A stretch of 64,000 nt of DNA from Pristiophorus japonicus. Its lineage: Eukaryota. The notes below the pieces were generated by a model. The model was given only the letters and a program-made list of their open reading frames with translations. It had not been told where the DNA came from and ran no database searches. The position numbers were made by a program, and so were the translations under genes. This document shows, one piece after another, positions 12,666 to 25,360 of this stretch (the stretch's first letter is position 1; every line of letters begins with the position of its first letter). The stretch covers positions 9,052,001-9,116,000 of the forward strand of contig NC_091990.1 in assembly GCF_044704955.1 (NCBI RefSeq), in the 5' to 3' direction.

Positions 12666-12983
12666 TCACACTGTGCGGTGAGAGTCCAGCTCGGTGCTAA
12701 AGGCACTGGGAGTTTGACATTGTGAACAAACACAGCTGGAGGAACGGCTGGTGCACTCCGAGCCTGTTACTCGGCGAGTCATCTTCTTCGCAAATTTCAT
12801 AATCATATCTTCCATGTCTCGGATTTTAATCTCCATCTGCTGAAGTTTCTTCATGATCTTCTCCTGGATGGCCAACCCTCGGCGGAAGCGCTTGATTTCT
12901 TTCCTTTTCTTCTCATTTCTCAAAGATTTTTTGTCGGGCACGGATTCTATTTTCAGAATGCACGCATATTTCTCCCACATTTT
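12666..12983 (-). CDS. TMCO2: TMCO2 orthologue, coding exon 2 (coiled coil plus CxCxxC tail)
   Basis: Acceptor TGTGTCTGTTGCAG|AAA ATG TGG, phase 0. Translation ..RRGLAIQEKIMKKLQQMEIKIRDMEDMI..SSSCVCSQCQTP..stop resembles human TMCO2 [34 protein letters not shown]. Same strand and upstream of ZMPSTE24, as in human. Variant polyA signal AGTAAA at 12588-12583. Confidence 0.8.
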   Translation of the reverse strand, partial: KMWEKYACILKIESVPDKKSLRNEKKRKEIKRFRRGLAIQEKIMKKLQQMEIKIRDMEDMIMKFAKKMTRRVTGSECTSRSSSCVCSQCQTPSAFSTELDSHRTV

Positions 12984-13224
12984 CTGCAACAGACACAGCG
13001 ATTGTTAACAGAGAGCCTGCCCGTGGAGCACAATCAGGAATCTGTCTGACAGACGACAGAGGAATCCGCCCAAAGCCAACTGACCTCTCCTGACTGAAGG
13101 ACACGCTGTGTCAGTAGCAAAAAAACCTGTAGTGCAATTCAAGCTGATGATATACACAACCCGTGTAAGGGGCTCCCCCACAGTGAGTCTAAAAACCAGA
13201 GTTCACCATCGTGTCTCGGCTCAT

Positions 13225-13585
13225 CATAGAAACATAGAAAATAGGTGCAGGAGTCGGCCATTCGGCCCTTCGAGCCTGCACCGCCATTCAATGAGTTCAT
13301 GGCTGAACATGCAACTTCAGTACCCCATTCCTGCTTTCTCTCCAGACCCCTTGATCCCTTTAGCCGTATCTAGCCACATCTAACTCCCTTTTGAATATAT
13401 CTAACGAACTGGCCTCAACAACTTTCTGTGGTAGAGAATTCCACAGGTTCACAATTCACTGAGTGAAGAAGTTTCTCCCCATCTCGGTCCTAAATGGCTT
13501 ACCCCTTATCCTTAGACTGTGACCCCTGGTTCTGGACTTCGCCAACATTGGGAACATTCTTCCTGCATCTAACCTGTCCAATCCC
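13225..13585 (-). mobile_element. CR1 LINE 3' fragment
   Basis: LDRLDAGRMFPM..SRTRGHSLRIRG; tail reads CATAGAAACATAGAAA on the plus strand. Confidence 0.85.
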
Positions 13586-13664
13586 GCCTGCAGGCCACCA
13601 GTTGTGGCACCACCGCTGGTCTCGGTGACCCTTGGGGGAGACCCAGCCAGGGTTAAGATCATAA

Positions 13665-16170
13665 CAACATAAGAAATAGGAGCAGGAGTAGGCTATTTGG
13701 CCCCTCGAGCCTGCTCCACCATTTGGCCCCTCGAGCCTGCTCCGCCATTCAATGAGATTATGGCTGATCTGATCTTAGGCTCAGCTCCCCATAACCCTTT
13801 ATTCCCTTATCACTCAAAAATCTGTCTATCTCCATCTTAAATATATTTAATGAACCAGCCTCCACGGCTCTCTGGGGCAGAGAATTCCTCAGATTTATGA
13901 CACTCAGAGAAGAAATTTTTACTCATCTCAGTTCTAAATGGACGATCCCTTATTCTTAAACTATGCCTCCTCGTTCTAGATTCCCTCACAAGGGGAAACA
14001 TCCTCTCTGCATCTACCTTGTCAAGCTCCCTCAGTATCTTATATGTTTCAATAAGATCATCTCTCATTCTTCTAAACTCCAATGAGTATCGGCCCAACCT
14101 GCTCAACCTTTCTTCATAAGTCAACCCCTTCATCTCAGAAATCAACCTAATGAACCTTCTCTGAACTGCCTCCAATGCAAGTATACCCTTCCTTAAATAA
14201 GGAGACCAAAACTGTCCACAGTACTCTAGGTGTGGCCTCACCACTACCCTGTACAGTTGTAGCAGGACTTCCCTGCTTTTATACTCTATCCCCCTTGCAA
14301 TAAAGGCCAACATTCCATTTGCCTTCCTGATTACTTGTTGTTGCAAACTAACTTTGTGTTTTATGCTCAAGGACCCCCGGTCTCTCTGTACTGTAGCATT
14401 TTGTAATCTCTCTCCATTAAAATAAAAGTTTTCTTTTTTCTTTTTCCTGCCAAAGTGGATAACCTCACATTTTTCCACATTATACTCCATCTGCCAAATG
14501 TTTGCCCAATCACTTAGCCTGTCTATATCCCTTTGCAGATTTTTTTATGTTCTCCTCACAACACGCTTTCCCACCCATCTTTGTATCATCAGCAAACTTG
14601 GCTACATTACACTATGTCCCTTCATCCAAGTCATTAATATAGATTGTAAATAGTTGAGGCCCCAGCACCGATCCCTGCGGCATCCCATTAGTTACCGTTT
14701 GCCAACCGGAAAATGACCCATTTATCCTGATTCTCTGTTTTCTGTTAGTTAGCCAATCCTCTATCCATGCTAATATATTACCCCCAACCCCGTGAGCTCT
14801 TATCTTGTGTAGTAACCTTTTATGTGGCACCTTATCGAATACCTTCTGGAAATCCAAATACACCACATCCACATGTTCTCCTCAATCCACCCTGCTTGTT
14901 ACAACTATTTTAGTTGTAAACATTAATCAAATGCCCCCTGATTAAAGGGGGGAGGGTTCACATTCCAAAAACTTTTCAAGTGCCCCCTTGTTTTTTTTGA
15001 GGGCACTAAAAACACAAATTATACAAGTGCCCCACTCCCTGCTTGTTACATCCTCAAAGAACTCCATCAAATTTGTCAAACATGATTTTCCTTTCATAAA
15101 ACCATGTTGACTCTGCTTGACTGTATTATGCTTTTCCAAATGTCCTGCTACTGCTTCCTTAATAATGGACTCCAGCATTTTCCCAATGACAGATGTTAGG
15201 CTAACTGATCTATAGTTTCCTGCTTTCTGTCTATCCTTTCTTAAATAGGGGCATTACATTTGCAGTTTTCCAATCTACTGGGACCGCTCCAGAATCCAGG
15301 GAATTTTGGTAGATTGCAACCAATGCATCCACTATCTCTGTAGCCACTTCTTTTAAGACCCTGGGATGCAGGCCATCAGGTCCAGGGGACTTGTCCACCT
15401 TTAGTCCCATTATTTTATCGAGTATTTTTTCTTTAGTGATAGTGATTGTTTTAAGCTCCCCCCTCCCTATATAGCCCCTTGATAATCTATTATTGGGATG
15501 TTTTTAGTGTCTTCTACCTTGAAAACCGATACAAAATATTTGTTCAAAGTCTCTGCCATTTCCCTGTTCCCCATTATTAATTCTCCAGTCTCATCCTCAA
15601 AGGGACCAACGTTTACTTTAGTTACTCTCTTCCCTTTTTATATACCTGTAGAAGCTCTTACTATCTGTTTTTATATTTCTTGCTCTTTATTTTTTTTTAG
15701 TCGTCCTTTGCTGGTTTAAAAAAATTTCCCAATCCTCTGGTCTCCCACTAATCTTGGCAACATTGAATGCCCTTGTTTTTAATTTGATACCATTCTTTAC
15801 TTCCTTAGTTAGCCATGGATGGTTCTCCCTTCTCTTAAAGTCTTACCTTCTCACTGGAATATATTTTTGTTGAGAGTTATGAAATATCTCCTTAAATGTC
15901 TGCCACTGCTCATCAACTATCTTACACTATAATCTATTTTTCCAGTCCACTTTAGCCAACTCTGCCCGCCTAGCTTTGTAATCGCCTTTATTTAAGCTTA
16001 GGACACTGGTTTGAGGCCCAACTTTCTCACCCTCCAACTGAATTTGAAATTCAACCATGCAATGATCTCTCTTTCCTAGAAGATCCTTTACCATGAGATC
16101 ATTTATTAACCATGTCTCATTACACAGTACCAGATCTAAGATAGCCTTCTCCCTTGTTGATTTCACATTG
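13665..16170 (-). mobile_element. CR1 LINE, about 2.5 kb of degraded ORF2, in the TMCO2 intron
   Basis: ORF pieces [53 protein letters not shown]; CR1 tail. Confidence 0.92.
14904..15037 (-). mobile_element. Short Tx1-family 3'-UTR insertion inside the CR1
   Basis: Flanked by the 14-bp duplication CCCTGCTTGTTACA; has GTGCCCC/GGGCAC hairpin motifs and an AAAATAGT end like the copy ending near 7333. Confidence 0.65.
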
Positions 16171-17807
16171 GTCTTGACTGTCATTCAGCGATCCCCTGCT
16201 GAAAGGGGGTGCATGGACATCAGGGGACAATTGGATCAACTAAGATGCCCTCCAGGATTGAATAAGCCTGTAGATCATCTTTAGGCTCACAGATGAAGGA
16301 TGACCATTTGGGTGAAGAGCTGGTTCATGTGCAACCTTCCCCCAACAATGGCCGACGCCTTCAGAAGGAGAGGGGAGAAAACGGGCAAACAAATAAATAG
16401 AAGTGAGGAATTTATGCAGTCTGTCACTATCACACTTTCCTCTGTATTATCAGCCGGGCTATGTTACTAAATTACACAGAATTACGTAGAATGTACAGCA
16501 CAGAAACAGGCCATTTGGCCCACCTGGTCTGTGCCAGTGTTTATGCTCCACACCAGCCTCCTCCCACCTCTCTTCATCTCACCCCATCAACATATCCCTC
16601 TATTCCTTTCTCCTGCATGTGTTTATCCAGCTTCCCCTTAAATGCATCTCTGCTAATTGCACAGGACCATTTCTGTGAAACTAAATAAAATGAACCCTGT
16701 TTTAAGCACCACACAAAGTCAGAACATATCACAATAATAGTTTTGTACTCTATGTGCTTTCACACACAAACTAAAATTTAAATTGTAATTGTGGCTGCGA
16801 TGTTGAGAGATCGCACGCATTCCCGGGAGAAGGGTCTTCGCGGGTGGAGATATGGGCTATTTTCCCAACTCTTGCCCAGCAAATGTCCTTAAAACTCTTA
16901 CGCCTGGTAAAAGCAGGCCTAAGTGTAAGAGTTTTAAAAGATAGAAAATTTTAATTTTATCACTAATTTTTATATTTAAAAAATCCTGTCCATTAAGGTA
17001 AATTTATTTTTAACCCAATTAAAACATATTTTTTAAAAATTCAAAAAATATATTTTTTTCTAAAGCATTTAATTTAATTCAATTTCAATTAATTTTACAT
17101 ATGTGAGATGTTTTTCAAATTTATGTCTTGTGTTTCTGTGTTTTGGGGGGCGGGGGGCGTATTCTCATTGATAGTAATGGGAGCTCCGTACAAACGGAAC
17201 TCACCATGTTCATTGGTGGTCCGGGCCCATGTGATTCCAGGATGCCCGTACGCTCCTGGGATAAGTGGGCCTCTGTGCTGGCTGTGCATCTAGGCCTTGG
17301 AGCCGAAGTGTTCGTTCCTCCAGGACCACCAGGTACTTTCATTAAAAAAAAAATTTGATCGGAGGCATCTGCCTGCAGAAAGTCTCCGACTGCAATTTCT
17401 GGCCCAGTAAAAATCGATGTAAACTTGTCACAATCTAATTACAGCCTCCCACCAGCACCACTACTGGCAGAAAGGGGTAATTACAGCACAACAGGTTCCC
17501 TTGGGCAGCATCCATTATATATCTGGACATAGGAACTTCTAACATTGCAACAATAAAGACATTGTATGGCTTTAAGATAGGGCCAAATAATGTTTGTGCA
17601 TTCTCCAGCCTCACTCCAGCTGAAGACTATATCTGACTGTGACCCTCTGAATGCAACAACATGGCAGTAATCTATATAAATAATCTATATAAAGGAATGC
17701 TAAATATATAAACTCTTACCTGAAATACCATTACCCAATATTTTACTGTCTACATAACATAGCTATTTGTTAAATATATTGCATGCTTCTTTAACACTAT
17801 AACTAAC

Positions 17808-18098
17808 CATTAACATGGTCTGCACCCTACGTTTCTTTATAAAGTTAATGAAGAAACATATCAAGACGATTATGCAGGCGACCAGAAAGGCTCTGGCGAG
17901 GAAATGATCAAGGATAAAGCTCAAATCGGTTTCCTGTGATGAGTGGGATGTACACCAGGATTTGGAGGATGTGCTGGTGAAATCATTCGGGATGGTTTCC
18001 GTCCGAACCCGTTGCCAGGCTCGGCATCCAGTATTTTCACACTGGTCAGGATGAGTGCCCCGTCTGGAAGAAAAGAACTCGGAAAGCAATGCGGCCAT
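17808..18098 (-). CDS. TMCO2: TMCO2 orthologue, coding exon 1 (single transmembrane segment)
   Basis: ATG at 18098; ..SQETDLSFILDHFLARAFLVACIIVLICFFINFIKKRRVQTMLM|GTTAGT donor, phase 0, joining exon 2 in frame for a protein of about 202 aa. A hydrophobic helix followed by a basic KKRR stretch parallels human ..QQTSLGLLDNL..LLGIGIYALWKRSIQSIQ. Confidence 0.7.
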
Positions 18099-18499
18099 TG
18101 AAATCTAGAGGAACAGCAAGCAGCAAATGAGTGTGCTGCATGAGTATGATCACACAAAGTGACTGAAAAAGCTCTGGTGATCGCAGTACAAGCAGTGGTG
18201 AATTATGAGGTAACAAGTGCTATTTGTGATGCTCCATCATTATATTGTGTTCCCTGTCCCTCATCAATACCAAAATCTGATTGGGTCCCTTGCATCCCAC
18301 CCCCATTTTCAATGGTCCTTTGTGACATAAGAGTCATGTAATTGGGGTTATGTCAAGGCTCTAATAAAGCCTTGGACTAAGCCACCCATCCCCTTTGCCT
18401 CAGACAGTAAAAGCAATACCTGGTATCAAACTGATCCACCCAAAGCAGGAGGATCCCAGGCTGGCTCTGAGTTAGCTGACCTGCAGTATGTGCTTAGGT

Positions 18500-20475
18500 T
18501 AAGGATGTCTCCTCAGTACTGGGTCCCTTGCTTTTTGTGTTACAAATCACTGATTTAGGCTCCAATGTTGGGGATGTGATTAAGAAGTCTGCAGATGATA
18601 CAACAATTGGCCAGTTGGTTGATAGTGAGGAAGAAAGCTATAGACTACAGGAAGATATCAATGGACTGGTCAGGTGGGCAGAAAAATGGCAAATGGAATT
18701 CAATCTGGAGAAGAGCGAGGTAATACATTTGGGGAGAGTTAACAAGGTGAGGGAATGCACAATAAATAGTAGGATCCTGAGAAGTGTGGAGGAATAAAAG
18801 GACATTAAAGTGTGTGTCCACAGATCCCTGAAGGTAAGCAGGACAGGTAGATAATGTGGTTAAGAAGGGATACTTGCCTTTATTAGCTGAGGCATAGAAT
18901 ATAAGAGCAGGGAGGTTATGCTTGAACTGTATAAAACACTAGTTAGGCCACAGCTAGAGTACTGCGTACAGTTCAAGTCACCACATTACAGGAAAGATGT
19001 GATTGCATTCGAGAGGATACAGAGGATATTTACGAGGCTGTTGATGATGGTGTGATGGTAGACAAGCAATGGCTAGCATTTAAAGAATTAATACATAATT
19101 TACAACAAATATACATTCCTTTAAGGCACAAAAACACCACAGGAAAAGTCGTCCAACCGTGGCTAACAAGAGAAGTTAAAGATAGTATTGGATCAAAGGA
19201 AGAGGCTTATAATGTTGCCAAAAAGAGCAGTAAGCCTGAGGATTGGGAGAATTTTAGAATTCAGCAAAGGAGGACCAAGAAATTGAGAAAGAAAGGGAAA
19301 ATAGTATATGAGAGTAAACTCGCGAGAGACATAAAAATAGACTGCAAAAGCTTCTATAAGTATGTAAAAAGGAAAATATTAGAATGTAAATGTGGGTCCC
19401 TAACAGGCTGAGACAGGAGAAATTATAACGGGGAATAAGGAATGGCAGAGAAATTAAACAAATACTTTGTGTCTGTTTTCACAGAAGAAAATGCAAAAAA
19501 AACTCACAGAAATAATAGAGAACCAAGGGTCTAACGAGAATGAGGAACTGAAATAAATTAGTATTCGTAAAAAAATAGTACTGCAGAAATTAATGGGACT
19601 GAAAGCTGATAAATCCCCAGGACCTGATGGCCTACATCCTAGGGTTTTAAAAGAGCTGGCTACAGAGATAGTGGATGCATTGGTTGTCATCTTCCAAAAT
19701 TCCATAGATTCTAGAACGGTTCCCGCAGATTGGAAGGTAGTTAATGTAACCCCTATTTAAGAAAGGAGAGAGAGAGAAAACGGGGAACTACAGACCGGTT
19801 AGCCTGCCATCAGTAGTAGAGAAAATTCTAGAATCTATTATTAAGGACATGGTAACAGGGCACTTCGAAAATAATAATAGGATCGGGCAGAGTCAACACG
19901 GATTTATGAAAGGGTAATCATGTTTGACAAATCTGTTAGAGTTTTTTGAGGTTGTAACGAGCTGAACAGATAAGAGGGAACCAGTGGATGTGGTGTATTT
20001 AGATTTTCAGAAAGCTTTTGATAAGGTGCCACACAGGAGGTTATTAAATAAAATTAGGGCTCATGGGATTGGGGGTAATATTCTAGCATGGATTGAGGGT
20101 TGGTTAACGGACAGGAAACAGAGTAGGAATTTATCGGGTCATTTTCAGGTTGGCAGGCTGTAACTAGTGGGGTGCCGCAAGGATCAGTGATTGAGCCCCA
20201 GCTATTCACAATCTATATCAATGATTTGGATGAGGAGACCAAACGTAATATATCCAAGTTTAGACAGGCTAAGTGAGAGGGCAAGAACATGGCAAATGGA
20301 ATATAATGTGAGAGATGTGAAGTTATCCGCTTTGGTAGGAAAAGTAGAAAAGCAGAGTATTTTTTCAATAGTGAAAGATTGGGAAGTGTTTTGTTCAGAG
20401 GGACCTGAGTGGCCTTGTACACGAATCACTGAAAGTTAACATGCAGGTACAGCTAGCAATTAAAGCAAATGGTAG
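18500..20475 (+). mobile_element. Two abutting CR1 LINE fragments (18500-19045 and 19050-20475)
   Basis: ADDT, WQMEFN, KSPGPDG, QHGFMKG and GVPQGS motifs with stops and frameshifts. Confidence 0.88.
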
Positions 20476-20864
20476 TGTCACATTTACAAGTTCAAATTCT
20501 GCCAACCCACTTCAGTTTGCTGTCCCCATTTAATGCCGGGTGTTGAACTGTCATTGTTACAAGCCCTTCCAATTCTGTCCTACAGGATGCTTCCTTTACC
20601 TGGCCAGCAGGGAGGGAGGACTGATTATTAATCCTGTGCTCCGCTCTCACTTTAGCTTTGCCCCTCTGTTTCATTTCTTTTCCTTTCTCCTGAGGTGTTG
20701 GGTTGTTGGTTCGAGGCTCCACTCTCAGTGCAGGGTCTCACTGTATGAAAGCATGGATTGGAGGTCAGTGCACTCACTGTGCAGGGCTGGAGCTCGGGAA
20801 CATTGACGCCTCCGAGTCAAACCCCACTGCAGACAACGAGCAGAGACGGGGGCACCAGCTCTTA

Positions 20865-21322
20865 ACTCTGACCACACTTCAACAGCTCCGCTGGGCAGGC
20901 CACATTGGCCGCATGCCAGACACGAGACTCCCAAGGCAAGCGCTCCACTCAGAACTCCTTCGCGGCAAACAAGCCAAAGGTGGGCAGAGGAAACGTTACA
21001 AGGACACCCTCAAAACCTCCCTGATAAAGTACAACATCCCCACCGACACCTGGGAGTCCCTGGCCAAAGACCGCCCTAAGTGGAGGAAATGCATCCGTGA
21101 AGGCGCTGAGTAACTTGAGTCTCATTACCGAGAGCATGCAGAAAACAGGCACAGGCAGCGGAAGGAGCATGCGGCAAATCTGTCCCACCCTCCCCTTCCC
21201 TCAACGACTATCGGTCCCACCTGTGACAGGACCTGTGGCTCTCGTATTGGACTCTTCAGCCACCTAAGGACTCAAGTCAAGTGGAAGCAAATCTTCCTCG
21301 ATTCCGAGGGACTGCCTATGAT
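20865..21322 (+). mobile_element. RTE LINE 3' fragment
   Basis: RWAGHIGRMPDTRLPRQ.. and a GAGGGACTGCCTATGATG end. Confidence 0.9.
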
Positions 21323-22199
21323 GGGCTGTGGGAGCCCAGATCATCCTCCCGCTGAACAGGAGTAACCTTCGCCCCACCCACCCCCCAAAATCAGCTGGTA
21401 TAGGGAAGGTTAGGGTCAGACTGTTCATCAGCCCGCGAACCCTTCCACTGCTTCACACTGTCCTACCAGGGAAGATATGAGAAGAACTCCTCAGGGCTGG
21501 TGGTGAAAGAATCTGTTCCCCTTTTGCCATTCTGGCTGAGGATGAATGACGTGTTCAGTCACTGAGATAGCAACATTCCAGCCGCAGGCTTTCAACTAGC
21601 TGTGCATCTTTGTTACGCAGCAGTAATTATGTGCATTGCATTATCTTGTAAAACATCAATATTTTGTACCTGCAAATCTAATTTAAAATGAAAATGTGCA
21701 ACCAAACTACAGATGGCTACAGTGAAGTTCTTATTTGCATTTTCAACTTGGTGTGTGAGATAATCTATAGAACGAGGGAGCGGGAACGGTTACAGCCACA
21801 GCCCAGGGCTGACCTGTGACATTAGGAGAGGGTTGTGACAGCTGGGAAGAAGGCACCTTATCCCTCAAGCTGACAGGTTTGGATAGAGTCCATGCCCCCT
21901 CTGTGTAATGTTGAAGAAAGGGCTCTCGCATAATGGATGCACTGTCTATGCTCAGAACACTGATCGCCCAGCTTGTAACATGAACAGAGACAGAATGGAG
22001 AGAATCACTCGACTGTGACATAGGCCTGGCTTGTATAATTCACGAGTAAAAGAGTCTATTATTCTGTAGCCACAGACTTCTATACCTTTATGCAAAATTC
22101 CTTCAGAAAGCAGCAATGAATACATTTTAAATATATTTCATTCCACAGTCTGCCGGTGCAGCTGAAGGGTTACTGCAATAGGCATCATTTGTGAGTTAG

Positions 22200-22650
22200 G
22201 TAGTGGGGGTGGGAGTACACACCAGGGCTCCCACTTCTGTTTGCCTGCTGGCAGAAAGTGTGTGTGTGGGTGGTTGTGTGGGTGTGTGCGTGGTTGTGGG
22301 TGAGGGTGTGTGTGTGGGTGAGTGTGTGTGTGGGTGAGGGTGTGTGTGTGTGAGAGTGTGTGTGTGTGAGGGGGAGTGGGGGTGAGTGTGTGGGTGTGTG
22401 TGTGTGGGTGAGGATGAGTGAGGATGAGCGAGGGTGAGTATGTGTGAGTGAGGGTGAGTACATGTGAGTGTGTGAGTGAGTGCGAGTATGAGTGACTGAG
22501 TGTGAGTGAGTGAACGAGTGTGAGTGAGTGCGAGTGAATGACAGTGTGTGAATGTGAGCATGCGTGAGTGTGTGTGAGCGTGAGTGTGAGTGTGTGAGCA
22601 TGAGTGCAAACGTGAGTTTGTGAGTGTGAGTGTGACCGTGAGTGTGACGA
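22200..22650. repeat. Imperfect (TG)n/(TGAG)n microsatellite
   Basis: Direct inspection. Confidence 0.9.
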
Positions 22651-22980
22651 TCAAGTGTTCATTTCTCCTAAGGTATTGGGTTAATTTTTTCACAGAGTCA
22701 ACAACAACAACCTGTATTTATATAGCACCTTTAACGTAGTGAAACGTCCCAAGGTGCTTCATAGGAGTAAGTATCAAACCAAAATTGACACCGAGCCAAA
22801 TAAGGAGATATTAGGCCAGCTGACCAGAAGCTTGGTCAAAGAGGTCGGTTTTAAGTCTCACTCAATGAAAACACAGATCGGAGAATCAGGTTAGCGGCTC
22901 CCGTTTGACACTCTGCAGGACTGGATTTGGATTCGTGGTTACATTCCCGCCCCCGAATCAGAAGGTGCGTGTGTTCATTA

Positions 22981-24448
22981 TCATCATCATAGGCAGTCCC
23001 TCAAGGAAGACTTGCTTCCACTCCAAAAGTGAGTTCTCAGGTGGCTGCACAGTCCAATACAGGAATTACAGTCTCTGTCACAGCTGGGACAGTCATTCGT
23101 TGAAGGAAAGGGTGGGTAGGGAGTCTGGTTTGCCGCACGCTCCTTCCGCTGTCTGCGCTTGGTTTCTGCATGCTCTCGGCGATGAGACTCGAGGTGTTCA
23201 GCGCCCTCCCGGATGCTCTTCCTCCATTTAGGGCGGTCTTTGGCCAGGGACTCCCAGGTGTTGGTATGAATGTTGCACTTTATCAGGGAGGCTTTGAGGG
23301 TGTCTTTGAAACGTTTCCTCTACCCACCTGGGGGTCGCTTGCCGTGTAGGAGTTCCAAATAGAGCGATTGTTTTGGGAGTCTTGTGTCGGGCATGCGAAC
23401 AATGTGGCCTGCCAGCGGAGCTGGTCGAGTGTGGTCAGTGTTTCGATGCTGGGGATGTTGGCCTGATCAGGAACACTAATGTTGGTGCATCTGTCCTCCC
23501 GGGGGATTTGCAGGATCTTGCGGAGACATTATTGGTGGTATTTCTCCAGTGATTTGAGGTGTCTACTGTATATGGTCTACATCAATGGACGTATATGGTC
23601 TATGTCTCCACAAAATCCTGCAAATCCCCTGGGAGGACAGACGCACAAACATTAGCGTCCTCATCCAGACCAACATCCCCAGCATTGAAGCACTGACCAC
23701 ACTTGATCAGCTCTGCTGGGCAGACCACATAGTTCGCATGCCAGACACGAGACTCCCAAAGCAAGCGCTCTACTCAGAATTCGTCCATGGCAAACGAGCC
23801 AAAGGCGGGCAGAGAAAACGTTACAAGGACACCCTCAAAGCCTCCCTGATAAAGTGCACCATCCCCACTGACACCTGGGAGTCCCTGGCCAAAGACCGTC
23901 CTAAGTGGAGGAAGTGCATCCGGGAGGGTGCTGAGCTCCTAGAGTATCGTTGCCGAGAGCATGCAGAAACCAAGCGCAGGCAGCAGAAGGAGCGTGCGGC
24001 AAACCAGACTCCCCACCCACCCTTTCCCTCAACGACTATCTGTCCCACCTGTGACAGGGACTGTGGTTCTCGTAATGGACTGTTCTGCCACCTAAGACCT
24101 CATGTTAAGAGTGGAAGCAAGTCTTCCTCGATTCCGAGGGACTGCTTATGATGATGACATCAACGGACATGATCTTTATGGCGCGACAACTGCAAGAGAA
24201 ATGCAGGGAACAGCACCAACCCTTGTACATGGCCTTCTTTGACCTTATAAAGGCATTTGACACTGTTAACCGCGAGGGACTATGAGGCGTTCTCCTCCGT
24301 TTCGGCTTCCCCCAAAAGTTTGTCGCCATCCTCCGCCTGCTCCACAACGACATGCAGGCCATGATCCTGACCAATGGATCCATCACAGACCCAATCCACG
24401 TCCAGACCGGGGTCAAACAGGGCTGCGTCATCGCGCCAACCCTCTTCT
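22981..24448. mobile_element. Compound RTE locus: a 5'-inverted RTE (22981-23578 minus plus about 24157-24448 plus) with a second RTE (23591-24156 plus) inserted at the inversion junction
   Basis: Inner TSD ACATCAA(T/C)GGAC at 23579-23590 and 24157-24168; outer TSD-like CG(TG/CA)TGTTCATTA at 22968-22980 and 24449-24461; RTE ORF2 motifs in all three pieces. Confidence 0.8.
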
Positions 24449-24824
24449 CGCATGTTCATTAACAGCTCTGATGTCCCTCAAGGTTGCCTGGCCTGCTGAC
24501 CCTGTGCTGACTCATACAGGGGGAGGTGGTAAGGGTGTGCAGGACAGGTACATCCTCCTGGCTCGGCAGCCTCAATAAAGCGGGGAAGGAGAGAGAGTTT
24601 TGAAAATTGCTGTCATATGAATCACCCTCAGGAAGCTGGTCAGGGAAACAATCCCGCTGGTTACACAGCAGTTGACATTCGGCTGATTTTAAATCCTTCG
24701 TATGATGAAGAAAATTTACATGCATGGTTGCAAAAGCTAAACAAACGGTAAAAGCAGAGCCTGGTGTGGATCTGAGCAATGCAGACCGTAAAGGCCCAAC
24801 CTAGATCTCAGGTCAGAGCTGTAA

Positions 24825-25360
24825 TAGCTGCGGCTCAGCGGGTGGCACCCTCGCCTCTGAGTCAGAAGGTTGTGGGTTCAAGTCCCACTCCAGGGAATTG
24901 AGCACAAAAATCTAGACTGACACTCCCAGTGCAGTGCTGAGGGAGCGCCGCACTGTCGGAGGAGCAGTACTGAGGGAGCGCCGCACTGTTGGAGGGGCAG
25001 TACTGAGGGAGCGCCGCACTGTAAGAGGGACAGTACTGAGGGAGTGCTGCACTGTCTGAGGGGCAGTACTGAGGGAGCGCCGCACTGTCGGAGGAGCAGT
25101 ACTGAGGGAGCGCCGCACTGTCAGAGGGGCAGTACTGAGGGAGTTCTGCACTGTTGGAGAGGCAGTACTGAGGGAGCGCCGCACTGTTGGAGGGGCAGTA
25201 CTGAGGGAGTGCCGCACTGTCGGAGGGGCAGTACTGAGGGAGCGCCGCACTGTCGGAGGGGCAGTACTGAGGGAGCGCCGCACTGTTGAAGGGGCAGTAC
25301 TGAGGGAGCGCTGCACTGTCAGAGGGGCAGTTTCTCAAATGAGACATGAAACGGAGGTTG
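24825..25360 (+). mobile_element. Deu-SINE 5' part with a 33-bp minisatellite (about 12 units, 24930-25330)
   Basis: A-box-like CGGCTCAGCGG and B-box GGTTCAAGTCC, followed by the array. Confidence 0.85.

Noticed and set aside
16770-17480. Possible non-autonomous DNA transposon
   Set aside because: Only one candidate terminus was seen; no paired TIR or TSD could be confirmed.
24825-24895. tRNA gene
   Set aside because: The A and B boxes belong to a SINE head that continues into SINE body sequence.
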